62,996 nucleotides of DNA, filler included, from Neolecta irregularis DAH-3 (GCA_001929475.1; 7 parts of 7 records of this genome joined end to end with filler, not necessarily neighbours in it); one strand, 5' to 3'; counted from the whole stretch's first letter, positions 23,620-36,283 are shown. The notes: generated from the letters alone by a model not told the origin. A program made the numbers and translations.

Positions 23620-24972
23620 TTACTCTTCAGGATTATCAGGGTCATCAGTATCAACTTCAACATCATCTCGATCGCCTACGGTAACCGCCAACTTCTTCTT
23701 CAAGAGCGTAATCCACTCTTCTTCACTCTCAGCAAAAGGACCATCGACAAACGGGAAGAGAGTCTGCATGACCTTTACATTTTTTTCAATATCTCCTTCG
23801 ATCAACTCCGCTAGCTCCAATTCTTCAAGGTGTTCAAAGCAAGGGGCGGTCTCTGGGATTTTGCAGAGATCAAAATTCCCGTTGGAAAGAGCAAGAATCT
23901 TCAATTTGGGGCATTTCAGGGCAATCGTCGCGATAATGTCTTGTGTGACTTGATTTCCGGAGAGAACCTGAAGACGAAGAGTATCAAGCTTCGGCAAGGT
24001 ATTTATAAGAGCAATGATGTCTTCTTCTGTTGCAGGCAAGCTTGTAGTCCCGTTTTCAGGGATTATAACAAGGCTTTTGATATCTGGATTATTTCGACAA
24101 ACCGTAAGAAGATCATTTGGTCTTATTGTGCCGTTCTGAGAAAATACTTCGACATCGGCGAGCTTATTCAGCGATTTAAGGTTCGCAAAAACCTCTGAAC
24201 AATCACCTTCGATCCGTAGGGCAAGGTTTTCGAGGCTGCCTATAGTACTGAGGATTCCTGTAACTTTTGCTTCTATTAATAGCTGAATCTTCCTAAGCTC
24301 AGGGAAAGATTTCTGAGGGATCCAGTGACTGCGAATAAGACCTCCCAATCCAAGACTTCTAAGGCCGCATATATGTGACAAGGTTAAAATCATTTCTGGT
24401 GTAGTGATATAGTCCATCCCGTAGAGACAGACAAATTCTTTCAGAGTATCCTTTCTACAATTGAGTAAATAAGTGATGCCGGTGATGGAAACTCCTTGTC
24501 GAGGGTTGTCGATAGTAACAGAATGCAAATGACTGCATGTCTCTGCGACCAGTTTTAAAAACGAATCGTCAATCGGTCCACCATAAATTTCCAGTCTCTT
24601 TAATCCTGGGACGATGAACTTTGCAATTCGCTCAGAAGTGTTCTCGTCGCTCGCATCAAAGGCTAAGCGTTCCAGTTTAGGCCATTTCAAGGACCCAAGT
24701 TGTTGATATACGTTAGCGTGACATTCGTCGTCGCCATTAAAACTCAATTCTTCTGTAAAATCGGCGAATTTCTGACGCTCATTCTTCTCGATTTGCAAGA
24801 GTGCAGGAATGGGGGGTTCATGCCAGATAATCTTATTCGCTTCGTAATTCCACTTCTTTGAGACTTGGGCGGCGGAGAAGAGGGTATTGAAGTCTGGTTC
24901 GGCAGATAGTGGTCCGGCCAAGCTGGTGAAAATGCGATTGAGAATCAAAGGATTCTGGAGGGCGGACAACAT
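23620..24972 (-). CDS. F-box-like/LRR (RNI-like) protein, 450 aa, intronless
   Basis: N-terminal ILNRIF..TLFSAAQVSKKW..A.KIIW followed by repeated LxxLxL units (e.g. CPKLKILAL). Confidence 0.85.
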   Translation of the reverse strand: MLSALQNPLILNRIFTSLAGPLSAEPDFNTLFSAAQVSKKWNYEANKIIWHEPPIPALLQIEKNERQKFADFTEELSFNGDDECHANVYQQLGSLKWPKLERLAFDASDENTSERIAKFIVPGLKRLEIYGGPIDDSFLKLVAETCSHLHSVTIDNPRQGVSITGITYLLNCRKDTLKEFVCLYGMDYITTPEMILTLSHICGLRSLGLGGLIRSHWIPQKSFPELRKIQLLIEAKVTGILSTIGSLENLALRIEGDCSEVFANLKSLNKLADVEVFSQNGTIRPNDLLTVCRNNPDIKSLVIIPENGTTSLPATEEDIIALINTLPKLDTLRLQVLSGNQVTQDIIATIALKCPKLKILALSNGNFDLCKIPETAPCFEHLEELELAELIEGDIEKNVKVMQTLFPFVDGPFAESEEEWITLLKKKLAVTVGDRDDVEVDTDDPDNPEE

Positions 24973-25858
24973 GCCGTAAGAGGAGGGCAGATGTTGCGTG
25001 GAAAAACCTTGCTTGCATATTGAGTTGGCGAATTGACGAATTGCATTTCCGATCCTGCTTTTCGCGCCGCGAGGACCCGAATGGTCCTATGTCCACCTTC
25101 AATGGAACTCAGGGGTTTTAGATACCGAAATTAACAAATGCAAAAAGTTTTACATATCTACTGCAGCAGGCTAGATAAATCCAAGGCAATCGCAGCATCT
25201 AAGAGTTACTGTTTTCAAAGTCTTCTGCACGAATATTTAAGCAACCTAACGAGTATAAAAGCTCTAAAAGAGATTTTTGAAATAAATTGTATATCCGAGG
25301 TCTGTTCTATCTCACTTTTCTGGTCGGAAATGACGTTATATTGAGTTCGATCCGAGCTGATAAGGAGCGAACATGTGAAACTCATCGTATTGCGAAAGCC
25401 CATCTCGCGCCGCGCTACTCAAAGAAGCCACGCGCCAAATCCCGGCTGTCGCCAGATGCACTCCTTAAGTCGTCTGCCATCCTTGTGGTGCATATAATTG
25501 CGCGTCTATTAGACTGCGGAGCCGCAATCACTAAAGGATCAAGCAGTACGTTGGGCCGCGACCCTGTTCTGTAACACTGGAATTCGGAGATGATCACGCA
25601 AACCTTTACCAAATCGGTCTTTTCACAGCGTCTTTGTCCTAGCACTCCGAGCCACATCGTTCTTTGCTCAGTTTCTTTGTTTCTACCCCCCAAAATAGGG
25701 TCGCGTGCCCTAAAACCAGAGTCGAGATGACAGTGAGACAGCTTGCCAGCAAACACCACCCCTAGATACCTTCAAGTTCCAGAATATAAAGTGATCCGAT
25801 GGCCCAATCTGCTTCTTAATTTCCGTTTCCTTTCATCCCCACGCTCCTTTTGTGAAAA

Positions 25859-26896
25859 ATGCTTTCTTTACTCTTGTTTCTCCTTGTAACTCTCTCAATT
25901 GTGGTGTCAGCAAGACCAACGCGTATCCATCTGCTAGCATTGTGGAAATTAATCGTAGATCACCACTACCCCGCAAAAAGATCGATATCTCCTCCCAAAT
26001 TTTCTAAAGCTATCGCGCTTGGCGCTTTCAAGGATGGCGGAGGTTGTAAAAATTCTCAGGACATCACCAGCGATCTCCTGTTCCTGGCGGATCAAGGATA
26101 TGATATGGTTCGATTGTACTTGCGCACTTTTTGGTCGGAGATTTAAGCATTATAGGTATGATATAGCCTGCGATCAAGTTTCCAACGCACTCTCAGCCAT
26201 AAAGCAAGAGTCAAAGTTAAGGTTTTTTGGTCTCTTTTCAGATACCACAGCTAACATTCAAAAGCCAAATGAAGTTGCTCCTCGGGATCCTCACGCTGGG
26301 TGAAAAATTGTCAGAGAATGTCGGATTGCTCGCAGCTCAAGTCGCTGGACGATGGGAGAGTGTATATGCAGTGAATTTCGGCAATGAACTCGTGGAGACA
26401 GGAAAGATGACCGCTGACCAAGTCATCAGAGATATAAACACCGGCAAATCACTTCTATCCGGACAGGGGTGGAATGGACCAAGCATCATTATCGACACTT
26501 GGGTGGCGATAGCAAATTCTCCCTCTTTATGCACTGCCGGAGACTTCATTGGTGCGAATGCTCATCCATATTTCGATCTACACACAGAGGCAGCAACAGC
26601 AGCTTCATTCCTAACACAGACGGTAATCCCTCGATTGAAATCTGCATGCTCTACATCTTCCTCGACAATACTGATCACTGGTATTTCCCTCTGCATTACA
26701 TATGTTGACAAAAATAGAAACGGGGTGGCCTTCGTCTGGAGGTGATAAAGCGAGTAGTTCATTGCAAGCTACTGCTATTGCCGCCCTGGAAAGCTTACCT
26801 GTACCGCATGTATTGTTTGAGGCCTTCAATGAGCCTTCGAAAGCCACGAACTCGGGACAACCTGTCGAAGGTTTCTGGGGCATCTACACCCACTAG
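25859..26896 (+). CDS. Secreted glycoside hydrolase family 17 beta-1,3-glucanase (SCW4/10-like)
   Basis: Signal peptide; GCK..I..DL, MVRLY, VNFGNELV, FIGANAHPYFD, ILIT|ETGWPS, FEAFNE, E.FWGI. Confidence 0.92.
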
Positions 26897-26969
26897 ACCT
26901 ACCAGATACGCCATTGGTCTCTTTCTGTAGATAACTTTTCATTGAACTACAGTTGACTGACTCCTGTAT

Positions 26970-27727
26970 TTGCACTTTAAATGTACTTGCTCAGCCGTGA
27001 ATACTAGCCTATCACTTGGCATATTGCACAACCTTCCAACGTCAATCTTTTTCGATTCTGGAGTTCCATCCCAAAATTTCCAAAATCCCTTATCTTTATC
27101 CCCTACACTACAACTTGGGTTTTCCCTGGTGCCAAGAGTTCTGCCATATACTCTGTTCCATTGAAAGAAGTGGTGCGAGAGGCTTGGTGCTTGTGGTATG
27201 AAGATGATATAGTAATCTTTTGGAGGATATTTTAAAAGGTCTCTTATTTGACTTTTCCTTCGGTCAGAGTCTAGGTTTCTGTAGCCGATACGGCTATTTG
27301 TGCTTCCTATAAATAGACCTGTAGGTGCTTGCTTGTAGGACTGGTGAATAATGTTCTATTCATCCAGCAAAGAAATCTAACAATCTGTTTCTCGTTTTTA
27401 TTCAAGTCATCTAAGTCTGCAAAGCTCTACAACTGCAGCCTGCGTGTTACACGTTCTACATAAATAGGCGAATAGGCACCAACAATATTTGCCATTTGTA
27501 CCAAATTTTGAATAAATGTTGCTCCTCATCAGCCATTTCCTTATTGGGTTGTTGAATTTGATGCTTTAGTTGGTACTTGGCTGGCATTGATGGATGGGCC
27601 GACACCTGTTTTATTTCTTGGAAATTTGGAGATTTGAAAGGAAAAAAAGTTTGCAAATGTCATTTGCATATGGCGCGCCTGAAATCTGAATTTCACAAAC
27701 TGGCCAATTTCATAAAATTTGGCCTAA
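26970..27727 (-). mobile_element. Possible decayed PIF/Harbinger transposon remnant
   Basis: Minus-strand RTTSFNGTEYMAELL (27133-27177) then SDRLVFTAEQV, resembling the N-terminus of PIF transposases; interrupted by stops; TTA-GGCC possible terminus near 27724. Confidence 0.35.
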
Positions 27728-27916
27728 GGTGGAGGAGTGGAGGTGGATAAAGGTAAAGTAGGCAACTTTACATTAGGTGTGGTGGTGGCAGGGTCCATCT
27801 GTCCACCCAGCCAAGCAGCAAAATCGATTACTGATGAAAGAAATCGTCTTGTTGAGGCAGATCAATACCAGAAGAACTTAGGACAAAAAGGCCACGGGTA
27901 TTGAATCCAGTAATGA

Positions 27917-28012
27917 CTCCCAACCAGGGGTTCGAACCCTGAACCTTGAGATAATCTAACCGCCAATATACAGTTTAAGAGTCTCACGCGCTACCAGTTG
28001 TGCCAGCCAGGA
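27917..28012 (-). tRNA. tRNA-Lys(CUU) with a 23-nt intron
   Basis: Acceptor TCCTGGC/GTTGGGA, D arm with TGGTA, anticodon stem TGAGA/TCTCA around CT-CTT-A plus intron, T arm CAGGG-TTCGAAC-CCCTG. Confidence 0.95.
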
Positions 28013-28124
28013 TAGTAGATGGTGCTCGTAGTAGATTTTGTAATATAATCTTCCTACTATTTTTTGGACCCCATTTTGTTGCTCAGGCGCGTGCCTTCCG
28101 TTTGCCTTTCCAAAACTCACCACC

Positions 28125-29421
28125 ATGCAACAGCGAACCCTGCGGTCAACTGCAGCAGCTTCAACTTCCCCCACCAAAAAGCGCAAACGCGATCCAGAAA
28201 CCAATATCGCAGCTCCCCTAATACCCTACTTATTCGCAGCTTTGTCCTCAAAACCAGACTATGGTGTGCTTGATCAACCTATCGACAATGCGACAATTCG
28301 CTATAAATTGAAGACGAGTCAATATTACCGGTTATCGGAAATTGAGGCATACTAATCCCCAAATGAAATTATGAACCAACTGTCTAGGACGATTTAACAT
28401 CCGTTTGTAAAGACCTGGTAGTTCAAATTCCCTCCGTCGACGAATTTTGGCGATTTGCAAAGTCCGTTCTTGCGTCTACCTCAAGAACAAAAGGTATTAT
28501 TGAAGGAGAATCAGACGAACCAGATGATATCGGTATATAGGGTATACTTTATATATCGCTGATAATCAAGCTCCTCCTGCGAGACCATACGAACGACAAG
28601 CACTTTATATACAAGCAAATGGTCAGCCTTTGTTTACCTCTCTTTCCAATAAACCAGTCATTGATCCAATTTTATCCACAACAAGTCTCGCTCAACCCCT
28701 AAACGTAATTCCGTTGCCGTACACCCCAGCTCCAACAATTGGCGCCATTTCCCCTGGAGATAATGACATTGGTCGTCAAATGAAACGTGTATTCCCGGAA
28801 GATACACGTGTGCCTCATTATCCTGGCTTATACTACGGGAATTTCGCATCGTTTGCACCTACTCGAGATTCCAACGAACAAGTCCCAGAGAACGACGCTT
28901 ATATCGAATCAGTTCCTTTCCCCGAACTTGATCTGGACGAACTTGATCTGAAGAACTTGCTTGAGAATTTCCAGGACGAGATAGATGTGGACCATAAACT
29001 GAAAGAAAGGTTTGACTGCACAGACGAACTGGGTTCGATATGTCCCGAGAACATCAACTGCATGCTTCGGTTACTTCAAGAAATGCAATCAACCCGCCTG
29101 CGAATAAGCCAGCACTCTCCAATTTCCGAACAGGAACAATCTCTTGGTATTACCTCTTCAAGTTTTTCCAACATTTTAGCAAACCAAATTCGAGATTATC
29201 TCACCTCACGAATCCTCTCTTTGAAACCCAGCGATTTCGGTCGTGTCAAAAAGACCATACTCACCGAGGGGAAAAGCTATCAAGGATCACTTCCGCCTAT
29301 CCAAGTCCCTATAGCGGCCCCCCCTCCTGTTGCTACTCCGACCATGAAAGCGCCTAGTGAAGATCGAAGTCGTGCCGGGACACCAATAGGGCGTAGAACT
29401 TTACCGAGAAGCAGAAAATGA
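28125..29421 (+). CDS. Rsc58/BRD7-9-like chromatin-remodelling subunit, 2 introns
   Basis: Bromodomain-like IDNATIRYKL...Y..LSEIE|DDL, LFTSL, LYYGNFASFAPTRDS, LRLLQEMQSTR. Confidence 0.6.
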
Positions 29422-30007
29422 GCTTGTGTTTAAACCTGTCTTTATATTTAATGCAGTGGGGATCGATTCATTTATGGCCTTTACGTGAATGAGGAACTGA
29501 TTGTATCTGCCCTTTTTAGACCTCAATATCTTTTGCTCTTGCTGTAGTGATAGTGCACTCTTACTCAAAGAAAATGAATTTCCTGTGATTCTTTTTACCC
29601 AAAATTTAACGTTAGATCGCAAGAGGTAGTTAAACTTGGTGAATTACAAGAGATGAAAACCTAGGTGGACGAGTGATTAAGATTCGAAAACTTGGTTTAA
29701 TTATATCGTGCGTAGATAGCGAATACTCCGATAATTCGAATCGACAGTAGAACAAGTTGCTTTTGCAAGGTGAAATCCTGTAGCTTCGGCTGTAATTATG
29801 CCCCACGCTACATCGAGCCGCGTACTCAAAAATAATCCCAAGGGATATTCTGGATTTGGGAGAAGGACTGAAATTACACTAGTGGATGGCAAGGAAATAT
29901 ACCCCAAAAGTTTGTGTCTAATGCAATGACAATTGGATACGTTCTTTAGATTACCGTGATCAAACACCAAGCTATATTACGAAATCAGGTAACAAAAGAT
30001 CATGTCT

Positions 30008-31153
30008 CTATATTTCAGGGAACAAATCTCCACGTCTTTGTTCCCATAGCGGCATATCCTTGAGGGCTGTCAGCGGGATGCGAAGATGCGCATCAAACCT
30101 TTCGAACTCGGGATGTGATATCGTGGTTAATGTTAGCAATGGAGAAGCAAGGTTCATTTATTTCCGGACATTGAGCGACGACTGTACCCCAAGGATCAAC
30201 TATCTAAAAGTATCATTCAGTGTAAACATATAGAGATTAGGTACCATCGCATGACCCCAAGATCCCCTTTTCCTATCTCCATCATGCCATCCAATTTGCG
30301 CAGCAGCCATGATCCAACACTTTGTAAATGAGCTCGATCAGCTCTCATGAGGTAATACTTGCGAATCGATAGCTCGAGCCCTTAGTAGCGGCTCCCAATG
30401 TGCTGTGCCTGTTCTAAAATGTGAAAATGAAAGCATATACAAGGTACTTTATAGTAAACGCAGAAGGAAAAGATATTACATCTGCACCCAGACTGCGGAG
30501 CCTCAGTGACATTTCCGGGAATCGAATCTCTCCTCAGTTTGTGGTCGTGATATTTTAGTGTCATACATCGTAACATATAGCCATCCCCAGTCGGCCTATT
30601 GGTGACTTAAAGGGCGGTAAGACTGACTTCCCATGTTCTACAGAGTCTGATTCTTTGAGAACCGGACCGTTTGCTATGTTTACGTCAAAGAGGTGGAGCT
30701 TATGATAGCGGTAGGTGATATCGCCAGTTTGATCAATGTATAAGGATGTATTGACCAGCTTCCCTGGTGTCTTCGATAATTCATGAATTCCAACCTATCC
30801 TTTAAGTAAACAGTGGAAACTCAAATTTACAGATAGAGAGGTCATTGTCTCCCTGGCAATCTCTCGCATTCCAGAGACGAACAATTGATGCTCATTTGAT
30901 GCGACAAGTTGTAGAGACTCGTCAATACCTCTTGTACATATAAAGTCTGATGCTTCTGGAAGAAATACGACTTTGGCGCCGGCCTTGGAGGCTTTCTCAA
31001 TGATGTCTGGTCTCATTTGTTGTGGTACGAACAATTAGCTATACCTTTACAGGCCAAAAGATTCGCCGAAATTCTAGATATAGCGCAGAATTGTCCTAGG
31101 AATTCGGTCAATATGGATCTTGCAATGTTACTACCAACTGCTGCTAAAACCAT
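30008..31153 (-). CDS. Nitrilase-family amidase (Nit1/yeast Nit2-like deaminated-glutathione amidase)
   Basis: VFLPEASDFI, YHKLHLFDV, ICYD|IRFPE, HWEPLLRARAIDSQ, SWGHAM|IVDPWG; E-K-C catalytic triad. Confidence 0.93.
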
Positions 31154-31237
31154 TTAGGTGCCACGAATTTTGGATATGAAGGTTAACACTAAAAACTATA
31201 AACCATACATTGAGTCCCTAAAACAAAGAGTCATATT

Positions 31238-32071
31238 ATGTCTCTGCTCACGTTAGAAGCAGTATTGGGCTTTGTAAAGCCCGTCCCATGGGCTTTTCTG
31301 TGGGCCGGGGTGAAGCTATTCATTGCCCCAATGCCAAAGTGTTACACATTGAGATACTATCTAGACTTAGTAGTAGCAGCCGTTGTATATTCATTTCTTC
31401 CTCTTTCCTCAATTCAAAATTTAGCTCTCATGATACAAAGCTTCTCTTCCCGCTCTTTTCCTGTCAATAAACTTCAGCTCGATGTTTTGCCTCATCAGCT
31501 TTTCTCGATTTCCCTTGTCGTACCTGTGCTTCCAACTGTTGCAGACGCTCTTCCTGAGCAGTCTTCTAAGCTAACAATTCCTTCTCTTCGCGGCGGATGG
31601 GGTAGCGGTTCTGTAGGCATGTCGACCAGTAGCAACAGTCTGGTGGAGAGGCTGGAGAAGATGCTGGCGGTAATGGGCGGGGCAGCATCGAGGAGCTGTA
31701 AACCAATTACCGTTACTCATTTCCAGCAGCATGATCTCTTCCAGTGCAACTTCCCACCAGAGCCCTTGCCTTTGCCCTTACTCCCCACCAGATCCCAGTA
31801 TTTGTCTTTGCGTCAAGTGAAGTTGAGATGGCAACGTTTCATTAATATCCACCACAACACAATCGAATCACTCAATTATCATATTCAAAAACCTCCGCTA
31901 ATTTATCGAGAAACACCTAGACACCTCTATTCCAGGTCTTCCAGAGCCTTCAGATCCCTCAAATCATTCCGATCTCTCCCCCGAAAGAAACTCTCCCTCC
32001 CAGAACCCTCCCAGGACCCTTCCCGAACCCCGTCGGAAAATCAACCCCCCTCACCCAAGACTCCTTCGTAG
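31238..32071 (+). CDS. Intronless 277-aa orphan ORF (hydrophobic N-terminus, Pro/Ser-rich tail), possibly repeat-derived
   Basis: Long ORF with no known motif; shares short sequences with repeats at 54.2 and 56.1 kb. Confidence 0.4.
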   Translation: MSLLTLEAVLGFVKPVPWAFLWAGVKLFIAPMPKCYTLRYYLDLVVAAVVYSFLPLSSIQNLALMIQSFSSRSFPVNKLQLDVLPHQLFSISLVVPVLPTVADALPEQSSKLTIPSLRGGWGSGSVGMSTSSNSLVERLEKMLAVMGGAASRSCKPITVTHFQQHDLFQCNFPPEPLPLPLLPTRSQYLSLRQVKLRWQRFINIHHNTIESLNYHIQKPPLIYRETPRHLYSRSSRAFRSLKSFRSLPRKKLSLPEPSQDPSRTPSENQPPSPKTPS

Positions 32072-32354
32072 AAGCTGCCATCGCCTGCAGAGACCGTCCC
32101 CCGCAGAGATTTCCGAGCGATTCCCACTGCAGGCCTACTCCCGCTAGTCGCTCGCCAAAAGGATAGAGTCCCGTCCCTGCAGCTCCCGCAGCCTGCCACC
32201 ACAACCTGCTACCTCGCCTGGTAGATCGACTCGTAATATCATATGATATTGAGGCTAATTAGCCTCAATAGCCTATATGAACTATATGGATATTGAATTG
32301 GGCCTGAACTATATATGTTTGGATCCAAGCACTGAAAAACCCCAAGCTCAAAAT

Positions 32355-34278
32355 TTATTTCTTCTTCGACCGTCCATGTTCATGATCGGGAAATAGTTTG
32401 TGGTGGAAACCCACGGTAGCACTGAGCGGAGTAATATCTCTGTCTTTCCCATTTCTAAGTAGATGACCAGCGCGTATTTCAGGTGCCAACAATTCCGTTC
32501 CATCAATTTCCAAATGTGATCTCTTAATGTCATCAGGAGTGACTGGCCGATCTTCAGCGATGGGGCACGATTTAACTGCGGTTTTTGATTCTTTCGAGCC
32601 TCCTTTCCTGTTGGACCTTTCTCTCACAGTCCCATTACTTCTTCGTCGACCTCTGTTCGTTGGGGTAGAAGGTTCCTTAGACGCAGAAAAATCTGTCACT
32701 GCATCTCTTGGTGGCCCACCTGGTTTTAGGAGCGACGTTTCATTTGAAGATTTTATAGGACTTGAGTCCTCTTCTGTTTCTGACCAATTTCGTTTTTTTC
32801 TGATACGCAATGAACGTGGAGATGTGCTCTGCATATTTTCTACATTATTCATCAAAACCTGACCTTGTTCTTGAGCAATTTGGTCGATATCAGTGTCTGC
32901 TTCGCGAACGAATGAAAGGTTATTAATTACTGTCAAATCCTGAAGTCGAAAGGTATCATCTGATGTAGTAGGGTCTGCCAATTTTAAACACTGCAGTTTC
33001 AGAAGTAGAAAAATACCAGTTGAAGATTGTATAAAAGGAATATTAAGGGCGCTTTCTTCAATTAGGGCTTCATTGGAAACATCACCTATTAAGGTTATCA
33101 TTTAGTGCAGCTTTTATACAATACCACAAAATATATTATCTTGGCAAAATCTTTTTTCAGACGCCGTGATGGTCGCATAATCTACTAGATGCATTAGAAA
33201 TTATTGATGCAATGCAGGTATACCGCTAACTGGAGGCTCTGATATCTCGTCCTCCGCCATTTCGTCTCCAACATTCTCTCGTTCATACGGGACCGCTCTG
33301 GTTCGATAGGAGCCCTCATACAAGCTCCCTGATACTACCATATAAGTACCCGACAATATAAGTACGTGCATTCAGTCGATTTCGAAGCATGATCTTGGAT
33401 TGGATCGGAAGATGTGAGGTTTCGTAGGGAAGCCGACATCAAATCTTGACCTTTAACTAACATTCAGGAAAATTCCGCAGAACTTGTATTCGCATACTAA
33501 CTACATCGAATTCGACATGATCAACCTCACTGTCTGATTGCTCATCGCTTGACTCTTCGAATTCAATGTATCCGGCAGTTGTATTGATGATACTGTCAGG
33601 AACTTCGTCTGTCTCGTCTTCACTGTCCAAATTGATAATATGAGATGAGATCGAGAGCTTTTGTGGCTGTACCAAGTGATGTTGCTCGCACAGTGTCTCC
33701 GAATCATCCAGCTGAATGCTGTCTTGAATATGATCGGTTTCGTCCCCATCATTGCTGGAGGTTGCAGGGATGAACTCAGAAGTTCCGACAGGGTCTTGCA
33801 AATATGACCTTCGAGTGCCTTGGTCTGTTAGATCTTCTTCGTTTTCGTAGGCTTCTTCTGAGCTCTCAAACTCTTCTTTGTCTGTTGGTATGACAATAGA
33901 AGCAAAATCCTGGGAATCGCCATCCTTAACATATACCGCCCGCCATTGTTCATGGGGCTCTGTTATTCGGTCTTCTAGATCCTCTAAACGTAAACTGTGT
34001 TCCCTGTATTTCTGAACTGTATCGCTTAGAGTCCCACTAGGACTCTCTGGCTCCTGATTTTGTTCCAAGTGGCTCCAGGAGTTTACTGGCTGTTCTCTCC
34101 GAATAGTCTCGAAACCATGCTGGATCCGCTCCTTTGCAGCATCCCGGATCTTCCGCCTCTTGAAATCAAGGTCAAACGCTTCATTCTCGCGTTTAATACT
34201 TGAAACCCGTTCCTTAAAGGAGGACAGCCATGAACCAAAGTCGTCGGCTTCAAAGGCACCGAGAAAATGGCGCTTCAT
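32355..34278 (-). CDS. Acidic, largely disordered multi-exon hypothetical protein
   Basis: ORFs of 274 and 248 aa joined by short-intron-bounded exons; basic NLS-like patches. Confidence 0.65.
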
Positions 34279-34528
34279 CAATATCGCGGGGATTTGGTGA
34301 CGTTATAGCATTTGATAGGACGATCGGTTCAGGTTAAGACATGAGAATGGCGACGGAAAGAAATAGAATCAAAATTCACAATACAGATTTTTAGAAGTAC
34401 TCGATTCTACAAAGCTAGTATAAGTTTTATATCTACAATGGTAGGACAATATGAGAAGTCCTCCAATTTCTAACAGCAGACCGACTTGTCCAGCGAACGT
34501 CAGCTTTCAACATCTTCAGTCTTCACAC

Positions 34529-35312
34529 ATGCTACTCATTTCACTCTCCGCCTTATTTCTCCCTGTCACTTCCCTCTACTTCTATCTCGAAGGGTCTGAT
34601 AAGCGGTGCTTCCTTGAAGAATTACCAAAAGACACCCTTATGACCGGTATGTTTTAACCTATCATAAATCTGAGGAAAGGCAAAATTCGAGCCGAAGAAT
34701 ACAACAGCGATCAGAACGCTTACGTAGTCAATCCCCAACTTGGCATTCAGATTACTGTTGATGTAAGAGAATTGGATTTAAAGACTGGATTACTTACGGA
34801 TAGGAAACTTTTGACAATGACCATCGAGTCGTCAATCAACGAGCTCAAAGCGAGGGCCGATTCACGTTTACTGCAGCTGAAAGTGGCGAACATAGGATCT
34901 GCTTCCAGACGAATGCCGGAGGCGGATGGTTTACTTCTTCTCATGTCGTAAGTTCAACCATCATGAACATACTAAGCACCTGTAGAAGCTGCATCTCGAT
35001 CTCGCAACTGGAGATACCAGTTCTATTGATTCAAAGTCTGATGAGAAGTATAAGGATTTACTTCAGCGAATCAGTGATCTTAACTCTCGGCTACACGATA
35101 TCCGGCGAGAGCAGTTATTTCAGCGGGTATGTTTTCCGTAGTTCTCTATCTAACAATGATAGGATCGGGAAGCTGATTTTCGCAACATTTCCGAAAATGT
35201 AAACACACGAGTTATTCGATGGACAGTCATACAATTTCTTGTTTTAGGGGCAACATGTGCATGGCAGCTATCTCATTTGACGACATTCTTTACCAAACAG
35301 AAGTTAGTTTAA
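34529..35312 (+). CDS. p24 alpha (emp24/gp25L) cargo receptor, Erp1/TMED9-like
   Basis: [52 protein letters not shown] tail. Confidence 0.95.
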
Positions 35313-35329
35313 CTATTTCTCTAAAATAA

Positions 35330-35842
35330 TCAGGATGTAGCAGATTCGGGGGATGATGAAATCCAAGTTATAGTTATGGATAGGTAGATATCGCTGGCAG
35401 CTTGTTTGACCGTAACGCTTCCTACCAATAAGCCTTTTCGCATTTTAGGCAATTGCCATCTTTTTCAATTTCCCAGAATCCGCCTTGAGCGTTAAATAAT
35501 CCTCTCCCATTTCCTTCCTGGTAAACGGTCACGTTGACGATGTATTTGTATCCAGACTCTTTACATTCCTTTAGCTGCCTCAAGATTCCTGTCTAAAATA
35601 ATCAGTCATCCGGCCTGCTGAGGAACGCGTATGATCAATGATTTCGACCATCCTTGTGCACTTGTGTGGGTATATACTGGCTCCGGTGGAAATACTGTGT
35701 TTATCTGAGAGGCGCAGAAATCGAGGATTTGCAATTCGGAGAAGGGCTGGATTCTCTTTAGTCGTCCAATCCCATTGATTATAGGAAAACATACACAATT
35801 CGATGGGAATGGAGAGGATACACTTGGCACCTTTGAGGTCAT
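35330..35842 (-). CDS. Tctex-1-type dynein light chain, 3 introns
   Basis: VYTHTSAQGWSKSLI|TGILRQL..GYKYIVNVTVYQ..GRGLFNAQGGFWEIEKDG|SVTVK..IYLSITITWIS. Confidence 0.85.
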
Positions 35843-36283
35843 GACGTGGGACAAGATTTGGGCTCAAGGGGTTGACTTCTCCTTCACAATTCTTGTTTCA
35901 TTGCCTGTTCGATTGTCAAATTTTTCTATAAGAATAAACAGTACCAATATATTTGCACAATGTAAATGATATATGCAATCAAGATGATCAAATGCCTTAA
36001 AATACAGGATCTGAGTTAATGATGAAACCTCATATCCCGGAAATTTAGATGGAGAATTAATGTAGAAGTATACTATGTCTAAACGTCCTGCTGGCTGTGA
36101 ACCATAGAAGCCAGGTTAACTAAGAAAATCCAATTATGTTGGAAGATTTCAATTAGTCTCTATAGTATTTTGCATATTGTAATAATTACTCAACTTGATT
36201 GATTTGTCTATATTCAGATATTACTGAGAAACCCCCTTCCATAGTCAACATATAAGCATATATCCCACATTGTGCATCTCGTT

